Shown: piece after piece, positions 45,349-58,525 of the stretch | How positions within the stretch are numbered: position 1 is the first letter of the stretch | Layout of the letters: the number at the start of each line of letters is the position of its first letter | Assembly (NCBI RefSeq): GCF_003334785.1 | Contig: NZ_QOWV01000011.1 | Direction: 5' to 3' (one strand) | DNA length: 64,000 nt | Source of the DNA: Escherichia coli | Lineage (GTDB): Bacteria > Pseudomonadota > Gammaproteobacteria > Enterobacterales > Enterobacteriaceae | The notes under the pieces: model-generated | The model's database searches: none | The model's input: the letters and a program-made list of their open reading frames with translations, nothing else | Told to the model about the DNA's origin: nothing | Made by a program: the position numbers and the translations under genes

Positions 45349-46611
45349 TTACTCCGCCACACTCTCGCGCAGCGGTTTCACAGGAAAAACTTTTACCTGC
45401 TTAATCATATTGTCCTGTACGTCGAGAATATCGATATCGTACTCGCCAATACGCACGCGGGTGCCTGCGACAGGGATCTCTTCCAGTGCCTCAAGAATGA
45501 CGCCATTAACCGTGCGGGCATCATCTTCCGGTAGATGCCAGTTAAAGGCTTTGTTGATTTCCCGCACGTTGGCGGTGCCATCGATAATCACCGAACCGTC
45601 GTTTTGCGGCGTGACCTCTTCGGCAAGTGTTGGCGACATCGACGTAGTGAAATCGCCGACAATCTCTTCCAGAATATCTTCAACCGTCACCAGCCCCTGA
45701 ATGTCTCCATACTCGTTGACGACCAGGCCGACTTTCTTTTTGTTGCGCTGAAACTTTACCAACTGCGTGCTGAGCGGCGTACCTTCCGGCACAAAATAGA
45801 TCTCGTCCGCGGCGCGCAGCATGGTTTCTTTGGTGAACTCTTTTTTCTCCGACATCAACCGCCAGGCTTCACGTACTCGCAGCATACTGATGGCGTCGTC
45901 CAGCGAATCACGGTAGAGCACGATGCGCCCGTGAGGTGAGTGGGAGAGTTGGCGCAGAATCGATTTCCAGTCATCGTTGATATCAATACCGATAATTTCA
46001 CTGCGCGGCACCATGATGTCATCAACGGTCATTTTTTCCAGATCGAGCACCGACAGCAGCATATCCTGATTGCGACGGGAAATTTGTGAGCGTGATTCGT
46101 GCACGATAGTGCGCAACTCTTCTTTGCTCAAAGAGCCGCTAACCACGATATCGGTTTTGATACCCATCATGCGCATCAGCATACGGGTGATAGCATTCAG
46201 CAACCAGACCAGCGGCATCATCAAAATTTGCAGCGGAGCCAGCAGAAAACTACTCGGATAAGCGACTTTTTCCGGGTACAGCGCGGCAATGGTTTTCGGC
46301 AATACCTCAGCAAATACCAGTACGACAAAAGTCAGCACACCAGTCGCAATTGCCACGCCCGCATCGCCGTACAAACGCATCCCAACAATAGTGCCGAGCG
46401 CGGAGGCAAGAATATTGACCAGGTTATTGCCGATTAACACCAGGCTTATCAGGCGGTCTGGCTTACGCAGCAATTTTTCGACGCGTTTGGCCGAGCGATT
46501 ACCCTGTTTCGCCATATGTCGCAGACGATAGCGGTTGAGGGTCATCATTCCGGTTTCGGACCCGGAAAAATAGGCTGAAATGACCACCATGATGATCAGA
46601 ATAATGATCAA
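45349..46611 (-). CDS. yfjD: CNNM/CorC-family inner membrane protein with CBS domains (YfjD)
   Basis: 420 aa; DUF21 membrane domain + CBS pair + CorC C-terminal domain. Confidence 0.85.
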   Translation of the reverse strand: MIIILIIMVVISAYFSGSETGMMTLNRYRLRHMAKQGNRSAKRVEKLLRKPDRLISLVLIGNNLVNILASALGTIVGMRLYGDAGVAIATGVLTFVVLVFAEVLPKTIAALYPEKVAYPSSFLLAPLQILMMPLVWLLNAITRMLMRMMGIKTDIVVSGSLSKEELRTIVHESRSQISRRNQDMLLSVLDLEKMTVDDIMVPRSEIIGIDINDDWKSILRQLSHSPHGRIVLYRDSLDDAISMLRVREAWRLMSEKKEFTKETMLRAADEIYFVPEGTPLSTQLVKFQRNKKKVGLVVNEYGDIQGLVTVEDILEEIVGDFTTSMSPTLAEEVTPQNDGSVIIDGTANVREINKAFNWHLPEDDARTVNGVILEALEEIPVAGTRVRIGEYDIDILDVQDNMIKQVKVFPVKPLRESVAE

Positions 46612-46655
46612 CGTAGTAGTAGAAATGTGTTCCAGGGGAAACTCCTTTTCTGGGT

Positions 46656-47447
46656 TTAGCTGATTAACTGCTGGACAATTCGGCTGCCGAAGTAGGCCAG
46701 TGTCAGAATTACCGCGCCCGCAACGTTAAACCAGACGACGCGGCGTCCACGCCATCCTTCATGATAATGTCCCCACAGCAGCACAATATAGACAAACCAC
46801 GCCACGATAGAGAGCACAGCCTTGTCGATATTTTCCATGCTAAATAAGTTGTGCATGTAGAACAGGCCAGTGCAAAGCGTGAGCGTTAGCAGCACCACGC
46901 CAATCTGCGTGATGTGGAACATTTTACGCTCGATACTCATCAATGGCGGCATTTCCTGGTTAAACGCCAGCTTCTTGTTCTTCAGTTGGTAATCAATCCA
47001 CGCCAGTTGCAGCGCGTACAGGGCGGCGATAATTAGCGTGGCATAGGAAAAGAGCGATAAGCCAATGTGCACCAGCATCCCAGGCGTAGCTTCCAGATGG
47101 GTGATGTATTCATTGGGCATGAAGGTTGCCAGCGCCAGGTTGATAAGCGCAAAGGCATAGACAATGGGTAGCAGCAGCCAGCCACGATTGCGAGAAGCCA
47201 CAATGGTCATTACCGTACAGATCATCAAACTGACCAATGAACCAACGTTCAGCAGGCTGAGGTTTTGTCCGCTATCACCGTCGGGCAGGATGCGGGCTTC
47301 CAGAGCGATTGCGTGGCAGACCAGCGCAATGACCGCAGAAATAATAGCCATGCGCCGCCAGCCGCCGTTTTTTTGCAGCAGACCGGGAACAATCAGCGCA
47401 AGACTGACGGAGTAGGCGACAAGCGCGAGCAGAGCAAAAACGGGCAT
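46656..47447 (-). CDS. ypjD: Inner membrane protein YpjD (cytochrome c assembly-like)
   Basis: Start at MPVFALLALVAYSV inside ORF 46656-47522; polytopic membrane protein. Confidence 0.8.
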   Translation of the reverse strand: MPVFALLALVAYSVSLALIVPGLLQKNGGWRRMAIISAVIALVCHAIALEARILPDGDSGQNLSLLNVGSLVSLMICTVMTIVASRNRGWLLLPIVYAFALINLALATFMPNEYITHLEATPGMLVHIGLSLFSYATLIIAALYALQLAWIDYQLKNKKLAFNQEMPPLMSIERKMFHITQIGVVLLTLTLCTGLFYMHNLFSMENIDKAVLSIVAWFVYIVLLWGHYHEGWRGRRVVWFNVAGAVILTLAYFGSRIVQQLIS

Positions 47448-47613
47448 AGTGATGTCGACAGTTTGAGCAATAAGAAAGAGAAGCAGTATAGCGTCAGGTG
47501 AACGCTGCTCCAACCGTTGCATAACAACAAAGACGCCTTCATGTTATACTGCGGCAAAATACTGATGATGTGTCGCGATTGCGGCCAACCGTTTCCACCC
47601 CAGGCGAGAGACA

Positions 47614-48975
47614 ATGTTTGATAATTTAACCGATCGTTTGTCGCGCACGCTGCGCAATATCAGTGGCCGTGGACGCCTCACTGAAGACAACGTAAAAGAT
47701 ACGCTGCGCGAAGTGCGCATGGCGCTGCTGGAGGCGGACGTAGCTCTGCCGGTAGTGCGTGAGTTTATCAATCGCGTAAAAGAGAAAGCGGTTGGTCATG
47801 AAGTTAATAAGAGCCTGACGCCGGGGCAGGAGTTCGTCAAAATAGTCCGTAACGAACTGGTTGCGGCGATGGGCGAAGAGAACCAGACCCTGAACCTGGC
47901 TGCGCAACCGCCTGCGGTCGTACTGATGGCGGGCCTGCAAGGTGCCGGTAAAACAACCAGCGTTGGTAAACTCGGTAAGTTCCTGCGCGAGAAGCACAAG
48001 AAGAAAGTGCTGGTGGTTTCTGCCGACGTTTATCGCCCGGCGGCAATCAAACAGCTTGAGACGCTGGCAGAGCAGGTGGGCGTTGATTTCTTCCCTTCTG
48101 ATGTTGGTCAGAAGCCGGTAGATATCGTTAACGCGGCGCTGAAAGAAGCCAAACTGAAATTCTACGACGTGCTGCTGGTGGATACCGCTGGTCGTCTGCA
48201 CGTTGACGAAGCGATGATGGACGAGATCAAACAAGTCCATGCGTCGATTAACCCGGTTGAAACCCTGTTTGTGGTTGACGCCATGACCGGTCAGGATGCG
48301 GCCAATACGGCAAAAGCATTCAATGAAGCGTTACCGCTTACCGGCGTAGTGTTGACCAAAGTGGACGGCGATGCCCGCGGCGGTGCGGCGCTCTCTATTC
48401 GTCACATCACTGGCAAACCGATCAAGTTCCTCGGTGTTGGCGAGAAAACTGAGGCGCTGGAGCCGTTCCATCCGGACCGCATCGCGTCGCGTATTCTCGG
48501 CATGGGCGACGTACTGTCGCTGATCGAAGATATCGAAAGCAAAGTTGACCGCGCGCAGGCAGAGAAATTAGCCAGCAAGCTGAAAAAAGGTGACGGCTTC
48601 GATCTCAACGACTTTCTTGAGCAGCTGCGCCAGATGAAAAATATGGGCGGCATGGCTAGTCTGATGGGCAAGCTGCCGGGCATGGGGCAGATCCCGGATA
48701 ACGTCAAGTCACAGATGGACGATAAAGTGCTGGTGCGTATGGAAGCCATCATCAACTCGATGACGATGAAAGAGCGCGCTAAGCCAGAAATCATCAAAGG
48801 TTCGCGTAAACGCCGTATTGCTGCCGGTTGCGGTATGCAGGTGCAGGACGTTAACCGTCTTCTGAAACAGTTCGACGACATGCAGCGCATGATGAAGAAA
48901 ATGAAGAAGGGCGGAATGGCGAAGATGATGAGAAGCATGAAGGGTATGATGCCCCCAGGCTTCCCTGGTCGCTAA
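47614..48975 (+). CDS. ffh: Signal recognition particle protein Ffh
   Basis: 453 aa SRP54-type GTPase with Met-rich C-terminus. Confidence 0.95.
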   Translation: MFDNLTDRLSRTLRNISGRGRLTEDNVKDTLREVRMALLEADVALPVVREFINRVKEKAVGHEVNKSLTPGQEFVKIVRNELVAAMGEENQTLNLAAQPPAVVLMAGLQGAGKTTSVGKLGKFLREKHKKKVLVVSADVYRPAAIKQLETLAEQVGVDFFPSDVGQKPVDIVNAALKEAKLKFYDVLLVDTAGRLHVDEAMMDEIKQVHASINPVETLFVVDAMTGQDAANTAKAFNEALPLTGVVLTKVDGDARGGAALSIRHITGKPIKFLGVGEKTEALEPFHPDRIASRILGMGDVLSLIEDIESKVDRAQAEKLASKLKKGDGFDLNDFLEQLRQMKNMGGMASLMGKLPGMGQIPDNVKSQMDDKVLVRMEAIINSMTMKERAKPEIIKGSRKRRIAAGCGMQVQDVNRLLKQFDDMQRMMKKMKKGGMAKMMRSMKGMMPPGFPGR

Positions 48976-49145
48976 TCGGCCTGGCTTGTTTGCCATTTTG
49001 GCACCGGGATGTGCTCGTCATCCTCACGTACTGCGTGTACGCTCCGGTGACTGCGCGCACTCCGGCACCAAACTGGCTGCACCGCCGACGGCCTTTTACA
49101 GCAGAGTTAGCAACTGTTGATTGCAATTCCCGCAAAAATGAGTAA

Positions 49146-49472
<327 letters not shown>

Positions 49473-49490
49473 TCTGTCACGGTGGTCATG

Positions 49491-50039
49491 ATGAGCAAAC
49501 AACTCACCGCGCAAGCACCTGTTGATCCCATCGTTTTGGGAAAAATGGGTTCGTCTTACGGTATTCGTGGGTGGCTCAGAGTGTTTTCTTCCACCGAAGA
49601 CGCCGAAAGCATTTTTGACTATCAGCCCTGGTTTATCCAGAAGGCGGGTCAGTGGCAGCAAGTCCAGCTGGAAAGCTGGAAGCACCACAATCAGGACATG
49701 ATCATCAAGCTGAAAGGCGTTGACGATCGTGATGCGGCGAACCTGCTGACGAATTGTGAAATTGTCGTGGATTCATCGCAGCTGCCTCAGCTTGAAGAGG
49801 GGGACTACTACTGGAAAGACCTGATGGGCTGCCAGGTAGTAACCACTGAAGGCTACGATCTCGGTAAAGTCGTCGATATGATGGAAACCGGATCTAATGA
49901 CGTTCTCGTCATTAAGGCAAACCTGAAAGATGCGTTTGGTATCAAGGAACGTCTCGTACCGTTCCTCGATGGGCAGGTTATCAAGAAAGTCGATCTCACT
50001 ACTCGTTCAATCGAAGTAGATTGGGATCCTGGTTTTTAA
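49491..50039 (+). CDS. rimM: Ribosome maturation factor RimM
   Basis: Start at [10 protein letters not shown]; 182 aa. Confidence 0.93.
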
Positions 50040-50069
50040 ACCACCGGATAAACGGTAAAAGACGGCGCT

Positions 50070-50837
50070 ATGTGGATTGGCATAATTAGCCTGTTTCCTG
50101 AAATGTTCCGCGCAATTACCGATTACGGGGTAACTGGCCGGGCAGTTAAAAATGGCCTGCTGAGCATCCAGAGCTGGAGTCCTCGCGACTTCACGCATGA
50201 CCGGCACCGTACCGTGGACGATCGTCCTTACGGCGGCGGACCGGGGATGTTAATGATGGTGCAACCCTTGCGGGACGCCATTCATGCAGCAAAAGCCGCG
50301 GCGGGTGAAGGCGCAAAGGTGATTTATCTGTCACCACAGGGACGCAAGCTTGATCAAGCGGGCGTCAGCGAACTGGCAACGAATCAAAAATTGATTCTGG
50401 TGTGCGGTCGCTACGAAGGTATAGATGAGCGCGTGATCCAAACCGAAATTGACGAAGAATGGTCAATCGGCGATTACGTTCTCAGTGGTGGTGAGTTACC
50501 AGCAATGACGCTGATTGACTCCGTTTCCCGGTTTATTCCGGGAGTACTGGGACATGAAGCCTCGGCAACGGAAGATTCCTTTGCTGAAGGATTGCTGGAT
50601 TGCCCGCACTATACGCGGCCTGAGGTGTTAGAAGGGATGGAAGTTCCGCCAGTGTTACTGTCGGGCAACCATGCCGAGATACGTCGCTGGCGTTTGAAAC
50701 AGTCGCTGGGCCGTACCTGGCTTAGAAGACCTGAACTTCTGGAAAACCTGGCTCTGACTGAAGAGCAAGCAAGGTTGCTGGCGGAGTTCAAAACGGAACA
50801 CGCACAACAGCAACATAAACATGATGGGATGGCGTAA
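50070..50837 (+). CDS. trmD: tRNA (guanine37-N1)-methyltransferase TrmD
   Basis: 255 aa, [13 protein letters not shown]... Confidence 0.95.
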
Positions 50838-50875
50838 GCCCCCGAGATATCAGTTTACCCAGGATAAGAGATTAA

Positions 50876-51226
<351 letters not shown>

Positions 51227-51254
51227 GATTTCGCTTAAGCGACATCCTGTTAAG

Positions 51255-51286
51255 AAGGGCTGGCCAATTGGCTGGCCCTTTTTTAT
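51255..51286 (+). terminator. Terminator of rpsP-rimM-trmD-rplS operon
   Basis: GC-rich imperfect hairpin gggctggccaattggctggccc followed by T6. Confidence 0.6.
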
Positions 51287-51301
51287 CTGTTTGCTGGTGT
51301 T

Positions 51302-51784
51302 TTAAGGGGTAGTAATCACCACTGCGACGCGGCGGTTCTCGGCGCGGCCCTGGGCGGTCTTGTTACTGGCTATGGGATATTTTTTTCCTAAACCCTGTGT
51401 GGTGAGATTGCTGCGTGGAATTTGTCCACCCATAGCCCATGCATCGGCCACGACATTCGCCCGTTTCAATGATAAGCCTTCGTTGTAACTGTCTTCACCA
51501 TAGTTATCGGTGTGTCCATCCATACGGGCATGTGTTAGCCCTGTCGAGGCCAATTTAGCTGCCATGGTTTGGATCTGTTGCTGGCTTTCCGGGAGCAATT
51601 TGTAGTCATTTTTTGCGAACAGAATGGCATCTGATAAGCCCAGCGACCAGTCGCCGGCGGATTCAGTAAATCCATAAGATTGCATAGCGGCGACTTGCTC
51701 AGGAGTAAACTTTCCCTGAGGGGACTGGCAGCCAGTCAGTATTAGTGAGGTGAAAACCAGGGGTGCTACCAGGTGCTTTATCAT
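51302..51784 (-). CDS. yfiB: OmpA-family lipoprotein YfiB
   Basis: 160 aa; lipobox LTGC; OmpA-like C-terminus. Confidence 0.9.
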   Translation of the reverse strand: MIKHLVAPLVFTSLILTGCQSPQGKFTPEQVAAMQSYGFTESAGDWSLGLSDAILFAKNDYKLLPESQQQIQTMAAKLASTGLTHARMDGHTDNYGEDSYNEGLSLKRANVVADAWAMGGQIPRSNLTTQGLGKKYPIASNKTAQGRAENRRVAVVITTP

Positions 51785-51799
51785 ATCGATATATCCTTG

Positions 51800-53026
51800 T
51801 TATCTCACCAGCTTTTCGGCACGCTGGTGTTTGGCCTGATACATATTGTGATCGGCAAGCTCTTGTAATTTTTCCGCAGAGGCGTGCTCAATGGTCATCG
51901 CGTAACCAATGCTTAATGTCATGGTGGTCTGATGGCCATTATGAAGATCAAACGGGAGATTAAAGATTTGTGTCAGTGCTGAACATATCTGCTGCACTTC
52001 AGATTCCGACTGTACATCATAGAGCACCATAGCGAATTCATCGCCGCCCAGGCGGTATGCTTTATGTCGCAGCCCGCCAAATTCAGCTAACCGTTTTGCG
52101 ATTTCAATCAAGACTCTATCGCCCGTCGCATGACCCCAGGTATCATTGATGTATTTGAAATTATCGCCATCAAGAAATAGTAACGCCGACGTTTTTCGGG
52201 CATCGGAATTGTTCATCAACGTGTTGATGCCGCTACGAAACGCTGCGCGGTTAGCCAGCCCGGTTAATGGGTCATGTAGCGCGGTACGTAGAAGCTGCGC
52301 ATTTTTAGCCTGTAAACGAAGCTGCCACTCTTCCATTTCATCCAGCAGACTGTTGAAGTCGAGAGCGAAGCGGTGAAACTCAGCGATACGTTCTTCCGAA
52401 ACTCGTCGGGAAAAATTGCGGTTGGAACGCACATCATGTACGACATCGGTGATATTTTTCAGCGCTTCTACCAGGCCATTGTGCAAATGGCGGGTGAGGG
52501 TAATTGCGATGCCTGATGCCAGCAGAATACAACCGGTCAGTACGGCGAGCGAAAACCAGATAAAATGGCTGATTGAACTGTCGCGAGCGGTTAAGCGTAC
52601 TTCGCCAATGGTTTCACCATTGTGACGAATCGGCTGAATGATGGGGGCAGGGAAGAGCCAGTGGCTTATGAAATTACTGAAAGTATCGCCTGGATCCTTA
52701 CGGGTGTAATGCCAGGATGCCAGAATATTTTGCTGCTTATCACGTACTTCTGCAGTTGAAAATTGCCCTTGCTGGCCCAGCGCTGCCAGTGTTTCAGTTG
52801 CTGCAGGGCCATCGGCAAAAACGACAGCTGCTTCCAGACTGTAAGTCATTGTTGCTGCTGTCAGTGCCAGGTTTTTTTGCGCGTACTGTTTCAGGGTCAG
52901 CACCGAGGTCACGGAAAGCAGCAACCAGATCAGCATCATAGTGATAAATATGCTGGTCATACTGATGTTGCGTAATGCTCTTTTAAACGTGGGGCGCTTA
53001 TTAAGAGAATTATCGTTATCCATCAT
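51800..53026 (-). CDS. dgcN: Diguanylate cyclase DgcN (YfiN)
   Basis: 408 aa; TM-HAMP-GGDEF with RLGGDEF motif. Confidence 0.92.
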
Positions 53027-53534
53027 TTTTCTTCCGTGCGAGCATTAAGACATCCGGGTTGACCTTTACACCGCTACGCGATAAGGCATCCAGGTTTACG
53101 GCAAATCTGACGTCATTATTGTGGATGATCAGACAAAAGGCGCTACCAATAATGCACTCGGTATTTTGTTCGGCAATTAATAATAACGCCTTTGACGGAT
53201 ATTGTTCGGTTAATTCCATCTGGAATGTCGGTGACTCGTTGCCAAAATAAAAACCATTGCAGCCTGAAATCATCGCCTCTTGTTGAGTGTGAATGATGAC
53301 AGGCAGATAAGGCAAAGATGTCGCGGCATTCTCTTGTAGGGCGGTACTAAAACGTGAAGATGAAAAGATACATAACTTTGGTGGCCCTGATAGCGCAGGC
53401 CAGCGGGTGTAACTGACAATACCGGAAACCATCATACGCACGTTTTTCGCAACGTCAGAAGGCTCCTGAGCGAGTATTGGTGCTCCCGTCAGCAGGAGAA
53501 TCAGAAGTAAGAACAGTCGGTGAGAAAAACGCAT
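53016..53534 (-). CDS. yfiR: Periplasmic regulator YfiR
   Basis: 172 aa with signal peptide; overlaps dgcN start. Confidence 0.9.
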
Positions 53535-53683
53535 TCAGGGATCCCCACCATCTTCGCTCGAAATGCATCGATATTTTTTCAGAATGCTCATTAAAATATC
53601 ATTTTTTCATGCGACCGTCATCAATGTGAGAAATAAAACACAATGAGTAAAATCTTATGTTTAATTTATTTGTGGGGTTTTAA

Positions 53684-54049
53684 TTAATTTAATCGTATTG
53701 TGCTGGCATTTTCATCAGCCCCTTTTTGCCATACTTCATGCAGTTGGCTGGCATTTTCAACATTGTTGCAGCTGGCAGGAAAGCTTTTACCGGAAAGTCC
53801 TCGGGCATAAGTAAAATCGGTCTGGCAAGTTTTCTTTTGTCCTTCGGCATATCCTTTAAGGTATAGACCGCGATCCGCCTGTGAATCGCTAAATGCATCG
53901 TCATCTTTTATGGCGCTGCCCGATATCGCATCTTCCATACCGACATCATACCAGTCGGTGCTGGTCAAGGTTGGCGCGTGAGTATAAGGATCAATCTGAC
54001 ATCCGCTAACCAGTAAAGCCAACAAGGGGGCGATAAACTTTTTCATCAT
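53684..54049 (-). CDS. yfiL: Lipoprotein YfiL
   Basis: Start at MMKKFIAPLLALLVSGC (aggag RBS 6 nt upstream) within ORF 53684-54088. Confidence 0.8.
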   Translation of the reverse strand: MMKKFIAPLLALLVSGCQIDPYTHAPTLTSTDWYDVGMEDAISGSAIKDDDAFSDSQADRGLYLKGYAEGQKKTCQTDFTYARGLSGKSFPASCNNVENASQLHEVWQKGADENASTIRLN

Positions 54050-54258
54050 TTCTTTCTCCTTTTTCAAAGCATAGCGGATTGTTTTCAAAGGGAGTGTAAA
54101 TTTATCTATACAGAGGTAAGGGTTGAAAGCGCGACTAAATTGCCTGTGTAAATAAAAATGTACGAAATATGGATTGAAAACTTTACTTTATGTGTTATCG
54201 TTACGTCATCCTCGCTGAGGATCAACTATCGCAAACGAGCATAAACAGGATCGCCATC

Positions 54259-55329
54259 ATGCAAAAAGACGCGCTGAATAACGTACATATTACCGACGAA
54301 CAGGTTTTAATGACTCCGGAACAACTGAAGGCCGCTTTTCCATTGAGCCTGCAACAAGAAGCCCAGATTGCTGACTCGCGTAAAAGCATTTCAGATATTA
54401 TCGCCGGGCGCGATCCTCGTCTGCTGGTAGTATGTGGTCCTTGTTCCATTCATGATCCGGAAACTGCTCTGGAATATGCTCGTCGATTTAAAGCCCTTGC
54501 CGCAGAGGTCAGCGATAGCCTCTATCTGGTAATGCGCGTCTATTTTGAAAAACCCCGTACCACTGTCGGCTGGAAAGGGTTAATTAACGATCCCCATATG
54601 GATGGCTCTTTTGATGTAGAAGCCGGGCTGCAGATCGCGCGTAAATTGCTGCTTGAGCTGGTGAATATGGGACTGCCACTGGCGACGGAAGCGTTAGATC
54701 CGAATAGCCCGCAATACCTGGGCGATCTGTTTAGCTGGTCAGCAATTGGTGCTCGTACAACGGAATCGCAAACTCACCGTGAAATGGCCTCCGGGCTTTC
54801 CATGCCGGTTGGTTTTAAAAACGGCACCGACGGCAGTCTGGCAACAGCAATTAACGCTATGCGCGCCGCCGCCCAGCCGCACCGTTTTGTTGGCATTAAC
54901 CAGGCAGGGCAGGTTGCGTTGCTACAAACTCAGGGGAATCCGGACGGCCATGTGATCCTGCGCGGTGGTAAAGCGCCGAACTATAGCCCTGCGGATGTTG
55001 CGCAATGTGAAAAAGAGATGGAACAGGCGGGACTGCGCCCGTCTCTGATGGTAGATTGCAGCCACGGTAATTCCAATAAAGATTATCGCCGTCAGCCTGC
55101 GGTGGCAGAATCCGTGGTTGCTCAAATCAAAGATGGCAATCGCTCAATTATTGGTCTGATGATCGAAAGTAATATCCACGAGGGCAATCAGTCTTCCGAG
55201 CAACCGCGCAGTGAAATGAAATACGGTGTATCCGTAACCGATGCCTGCATTAGCTGGGAAATGACCGATGCCTTGCTGCGTGAAATTCATCAGGATCTGA
55301 ACGGGCAGCTGACGGCTCGCGTGGCTTAA
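54259..55329 (+). CDS. aroF: DAHP synthase, Tyr-sensitive (AroF)
   Basis: Start at [15 protein letters not shown] (ATG 54259) inside ORF 54190-55329; 356 aa. Confidence 0.93.
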   Translation: MQKDALNNVHITDEQVLMTPEQLKAAFPLSLQQEAQIADSRKSISDIIAGRDPRLLVVCGPCSIHDPETALEYARRFKALAAEVSDSLYLVMRVYFEKPRTTVGWKGLINDPHMDGSFDVEAGLQIARKLLLELVNMGLPLATEALDPNSPQYLGDLFSWSAIGARTTESQTHREMASGLSMPVGFKNGTDGSLATAINAMRAAAQPHRFVGINQAGQVALLQTQGNPDGHVILRGGKAPNYSPADVAQCEKEMEQAGLRPSLMVDCSHGNSNKDYRRQPAVAESVVAQIKDGNRSIIGLMIESNIHEGNQSSEQPRSEMKYGVSVTDACISWEMTDALLREIHQDLNGQLTARVA

Positions 55330-55339
55330 GAGGTTTATT

Positions 55340-56461
55340 ATGGTTGCTGAATTGACCGCATTACGCGATCAAATTGATGAAGTCGATAAAGCGCTGCTGA
55401 ATTTATTAGCGAAGCGTCTGGAACTGGTTGCTGAAGTGGGCGAGGTGAAAAGCCGCTTTGGACTGCCTATTTATGTTCCGGAGCGCGAGGCATCTATGTT
55501 GGCCTCGCGTCGTGCAGAGGCGGAAGCTCTGGGTGTACCGCCAGATCTGATTGAGGATGTTTTGCGTCGGGTGATGCGTGAATCTTACTCCAGTGAAAAC
55601 GACAAAGGATTTAAAACACTTTGTCCGTCACTGCGTCCGGTGGTTATCGTCGGCGGTGGCGGTCAGATGGGACGCCTGTTCGAGAAGATGCTGACCCTCT
55701 CGGGTTATCAGGTGCGGATTCTGGAGCAACATGACTGGGATCGAGCGGCTGATATTGTTGCCGATGCCGGAATGGTGATTGTTAGTGTGCCAATCCACGT
55801 TACTGAGCAAGTTATTGGCAAATTACCGCCTTTACCGAAAGATTGTATTCTGGTCGATCTGGCATCAGTGAAAAATGGGCCATTACAGGCCATGCTGGTG
55901 GCGCATGATGGTCCGGTGCTGGGGCTACACCCGATGTTCGGTCCGGACAGCGGTAGCCTGGCAAAGCAAGTTGTGGTCTGGTGTGATGGACGTAAACCGG
56001 AAGCATACCAATGGTTTCTGGAGCAAATTCAGGTCTGGGGCGCTCGGCTGCATCGTATTAGCGCCGTCGAGCACGATCAGAATATGGCGTTTATTCAGGC
56101 ACTGCGCCACTTTGCTACTTTTGCTTACGGGCTGCACCTGGCAGAAGAAAATGTTCAGCTTGAGCAACTTCTGGCGCTCTCTTCGCCGATTTACCGCCTT
56201 GAGCTGGCGATGGTCGGGCGACTGTTTGCTCAGGATCCGCAGCTTTATGCCGACATCATTATGTCGTCAGAGCGTAATCTGGCGTTAATCAAACGTTACT
56301 ATAAGCGTTTCGGCGAGGCGATTGAGTTGCTGGAGCAGGGCGATAAGCAGGCGTTTATTGACAGTTTCCGCAAGGTGGAGCACTGGTTCGGCGATTACGC
56401 ACAGCGTTTTCAGAGTGAAAGCCGCGTGTTATTGCGTCAGGCGAATGACAATCGCCAGTAA
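55340..56461 (+). CDS. tyrA: Chorismate mutase / prephenate dehydrogenase TyrA
   Basis: 373 aa, sequence recognised. Confidence 0.95.
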   Translation: MVAELTALRDQIDEVDKALLNLLAKRLELVAEVGEVKSRFGLPIYVPEREASMLASRRAEAEALGVPPDLIEDVLRRVMRESYSSENDKGFKTLCPSLRPVVIVGGGGQMGRLFEKMLTLSGYQVRILEQHDWDRAADIVADAGMVIVSVPIHVTEQVIGKLPPLPKDCILVDLASVKNGPLQAMLVAHDGPVLGLHPMFGPDSGSLAKQVVVWCDGRKPEAYQWFLEQIQVWGARLHRISAVEHDQNMAFIQALRHFATFAYGLHLAEENVQLEQLLALSSPIYRLELAMVGRLFAQDPQLYADIIMSSERNLALIKRYYKRFGEAIELLEQGDKQAFIDSFRKVEHWFGDYAQRFQSESRVLLRQANDNRQ

Positions 56462-56465
56462 TAAT

Positions 56466-56502
56466 CCAGTGCCGGATGATTCACATCATCCGGCACCTTT
56501 TC
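56466..56502. terminator. Bidirectional terminator between convergent tyrA and pheA
   Basis: Hairpin gtgccggatga-ttcaca-tcatccggcac with T-runs on both sides. Confidence 0.7.
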
Positions 56503-56503
56503 A

Positions 56504-57664
56504 TCAGGTTGGATCAACAGGCACTACGTTCTCACTTGGGTAACAGCCCAATACCTTCATTGAACGGGTGATTTCCCCTAACTCTTTCAATGCTTTTTGC
56601 ATTTCCGCTGATTCAAGATTGGCCTGAATATCCAGATAGAACATCTCTTCCCATGGATTACCGTGAATCGGGCGTGATTCCAGACGGGTCATAATCAGAT
56701 TGTGGTTGCGCAGTACCAGCAACGCTTCAACCAGCGCACCGGCTTGTTGCCCGGTCGCCATTAACAACGTGGTTTTCGCCGGAACCTGATCAGACACGTT
56801 AATGGCTTTACGCGCCAACACCACAAATCGGGTGAAGTTTTGTCGCTGATTTGCTTCAATACGCTCCAGTACCTGCAAACCGTACAAAGTGCCGCCAGCT
56901 TCGCTTCCCAACGCAGCAACATGCGGTGATTTTGCCTGTGCAACCTTTTCCATTGCCGCAGACGTACTTTCGGTATATTCAATCTTCCAGTGCGGATAAC
57001 GATTAAGGAATTTGCTGCATTGCTGGAATGGCTGCGGATGGCTGTAGACCGTATTGATGGTGGATAAATCAGTAGTGCCGGAGACCAACAAACAATGGTC
57101 GATAGTTAACGTCATCTCGCCAACAATCGACAAGCTGGTATGTTGCAGCAGATCGTAAACGTCGTTTATGGCACCGGAGCTGGTATTTTCAATCGGTACG
57201 ACGGCATAGTCGGCCTGGCCGGTTTCCACCTGATTAAAAATATCGGCAAATTTGGCGCAGCCACTTTCAATGAATTGCTCAAAGTGACGGGCAGCATACT
57301 GGCGCGCCGCAAGATGGGAATAAGAACCTTTGGGGCCGAGAAAAGCGATGCGTGCTGAGTGCGGATTAATTTTATTGAGATGTTGTTGGAGCAAAGCCTG
57401 CTGAGTTAATACGGAATCTTCAATGATGAGCTGGAACAGGCGAGTAATGTAATGGGCGTCCAGATGGTGCGCTTTACCGAGCGTAATTAATCTTTCCAGC
57501 AAATCGCGTTCACGATCAATATCACGTACCGGGCGATGCGAGAGCAGTTTGGCTTTTCCCACCTCGACGGCCAGTTCGCGCCGTTCTGCCAGTAACGCTA
57601 ATAATTTTTCATCCAGCGCGCTGATTTTCTCTCGCAGCGCCAGTAACGGGTTTTCCGATGTCAT
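56504..57664 (-). CDS. pheA: Chorismate mutase / prephenate dehydratase PheA
   Basis: 386 aa, sequence recognised. Confidence 0.95.
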
Positions 57665-57687
57665 AGTGTTGCCTTTTTGTTATCAAT

Positions 57688-57725
57688 AAAAAAGGCCCCC
57701 CGATTTGGGAGGCCTTATTGTTCGT
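57688..57725 (-). terminator. pheA attenuator terminator
   Basis: Minus-strand hairpin aggcctcccaaatcggggggcct followed by T-run, between pheL and pheA. Confidence 0.7.
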
Positions 57726-57762
57726 CTTCGCATTCTGTTTCACACGACGAAACGCCTCCCAT

Positions 57763-57810
57763 TCAGGGGAAGGTAAAAAAGAATGCGAAGAAAAACGGTA
57801 TGTGTTTCAT
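57763..57810 (-). CDS. pheL: pheA leader peptide PheL ([15 protein letters not shown])
   Basis: 15-codon minus-strand ORF with seven Phe codons, ATG at 57810, stop at 57763. Confidence 0.85.
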
Positions 57811-57862
57811 GTTTGTTTCCTTAAGTGACTTTAGTACAGTACCCGTACTGTTTTCACGCTGT

Positions 57863-57892
57863 CAACAAAAAACGCGCCCGAAGGCGCGTTGG
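57863..57892 (-). terminator. raiA terminator
   Basis: Minus-strand hairpin aacgcgcc-ttcg-ggcgcgtt followed by T-run. Confidence 0.6.
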
Positions 57893-57913
57893 CGATACAC
57901 TCAATATAAAGGA

Positions 57914-58309
<396 letters not shown>

Positions 58310-58475
58310 TCAAAATGTGTGATGAAAATCTCATAATTTTGTCACTTTTTGTCAACGAATCTTTTTTGTGAGAAATCGCAGGAAGAGATGTTTTTTTACT
58401 TGAGGAATATCTCAAAGCGAGCCATATTTGATGAGATCGATAGCGACTAAATCGCTTCAGTTTCACAACTGACAG

Positions 58476-58512
58476 AATAAAAAAACGGCAGCTCAAGGGC
58501 TGCCGTTTTGTG
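58476..58512 (-). terminator. bamD terminator
   Basis: Hairpin cggcagc-tcaagg-gctgccg with T-runs. Confidence 0.6.
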
Positions 58513-58525
58513 TTTCAGGTTTCTG

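Noticed and set aside
47626-48240. 204-aa antisense ORF inside ffh
   Set aside because: Opposite the recognised ffh gene; artefact.
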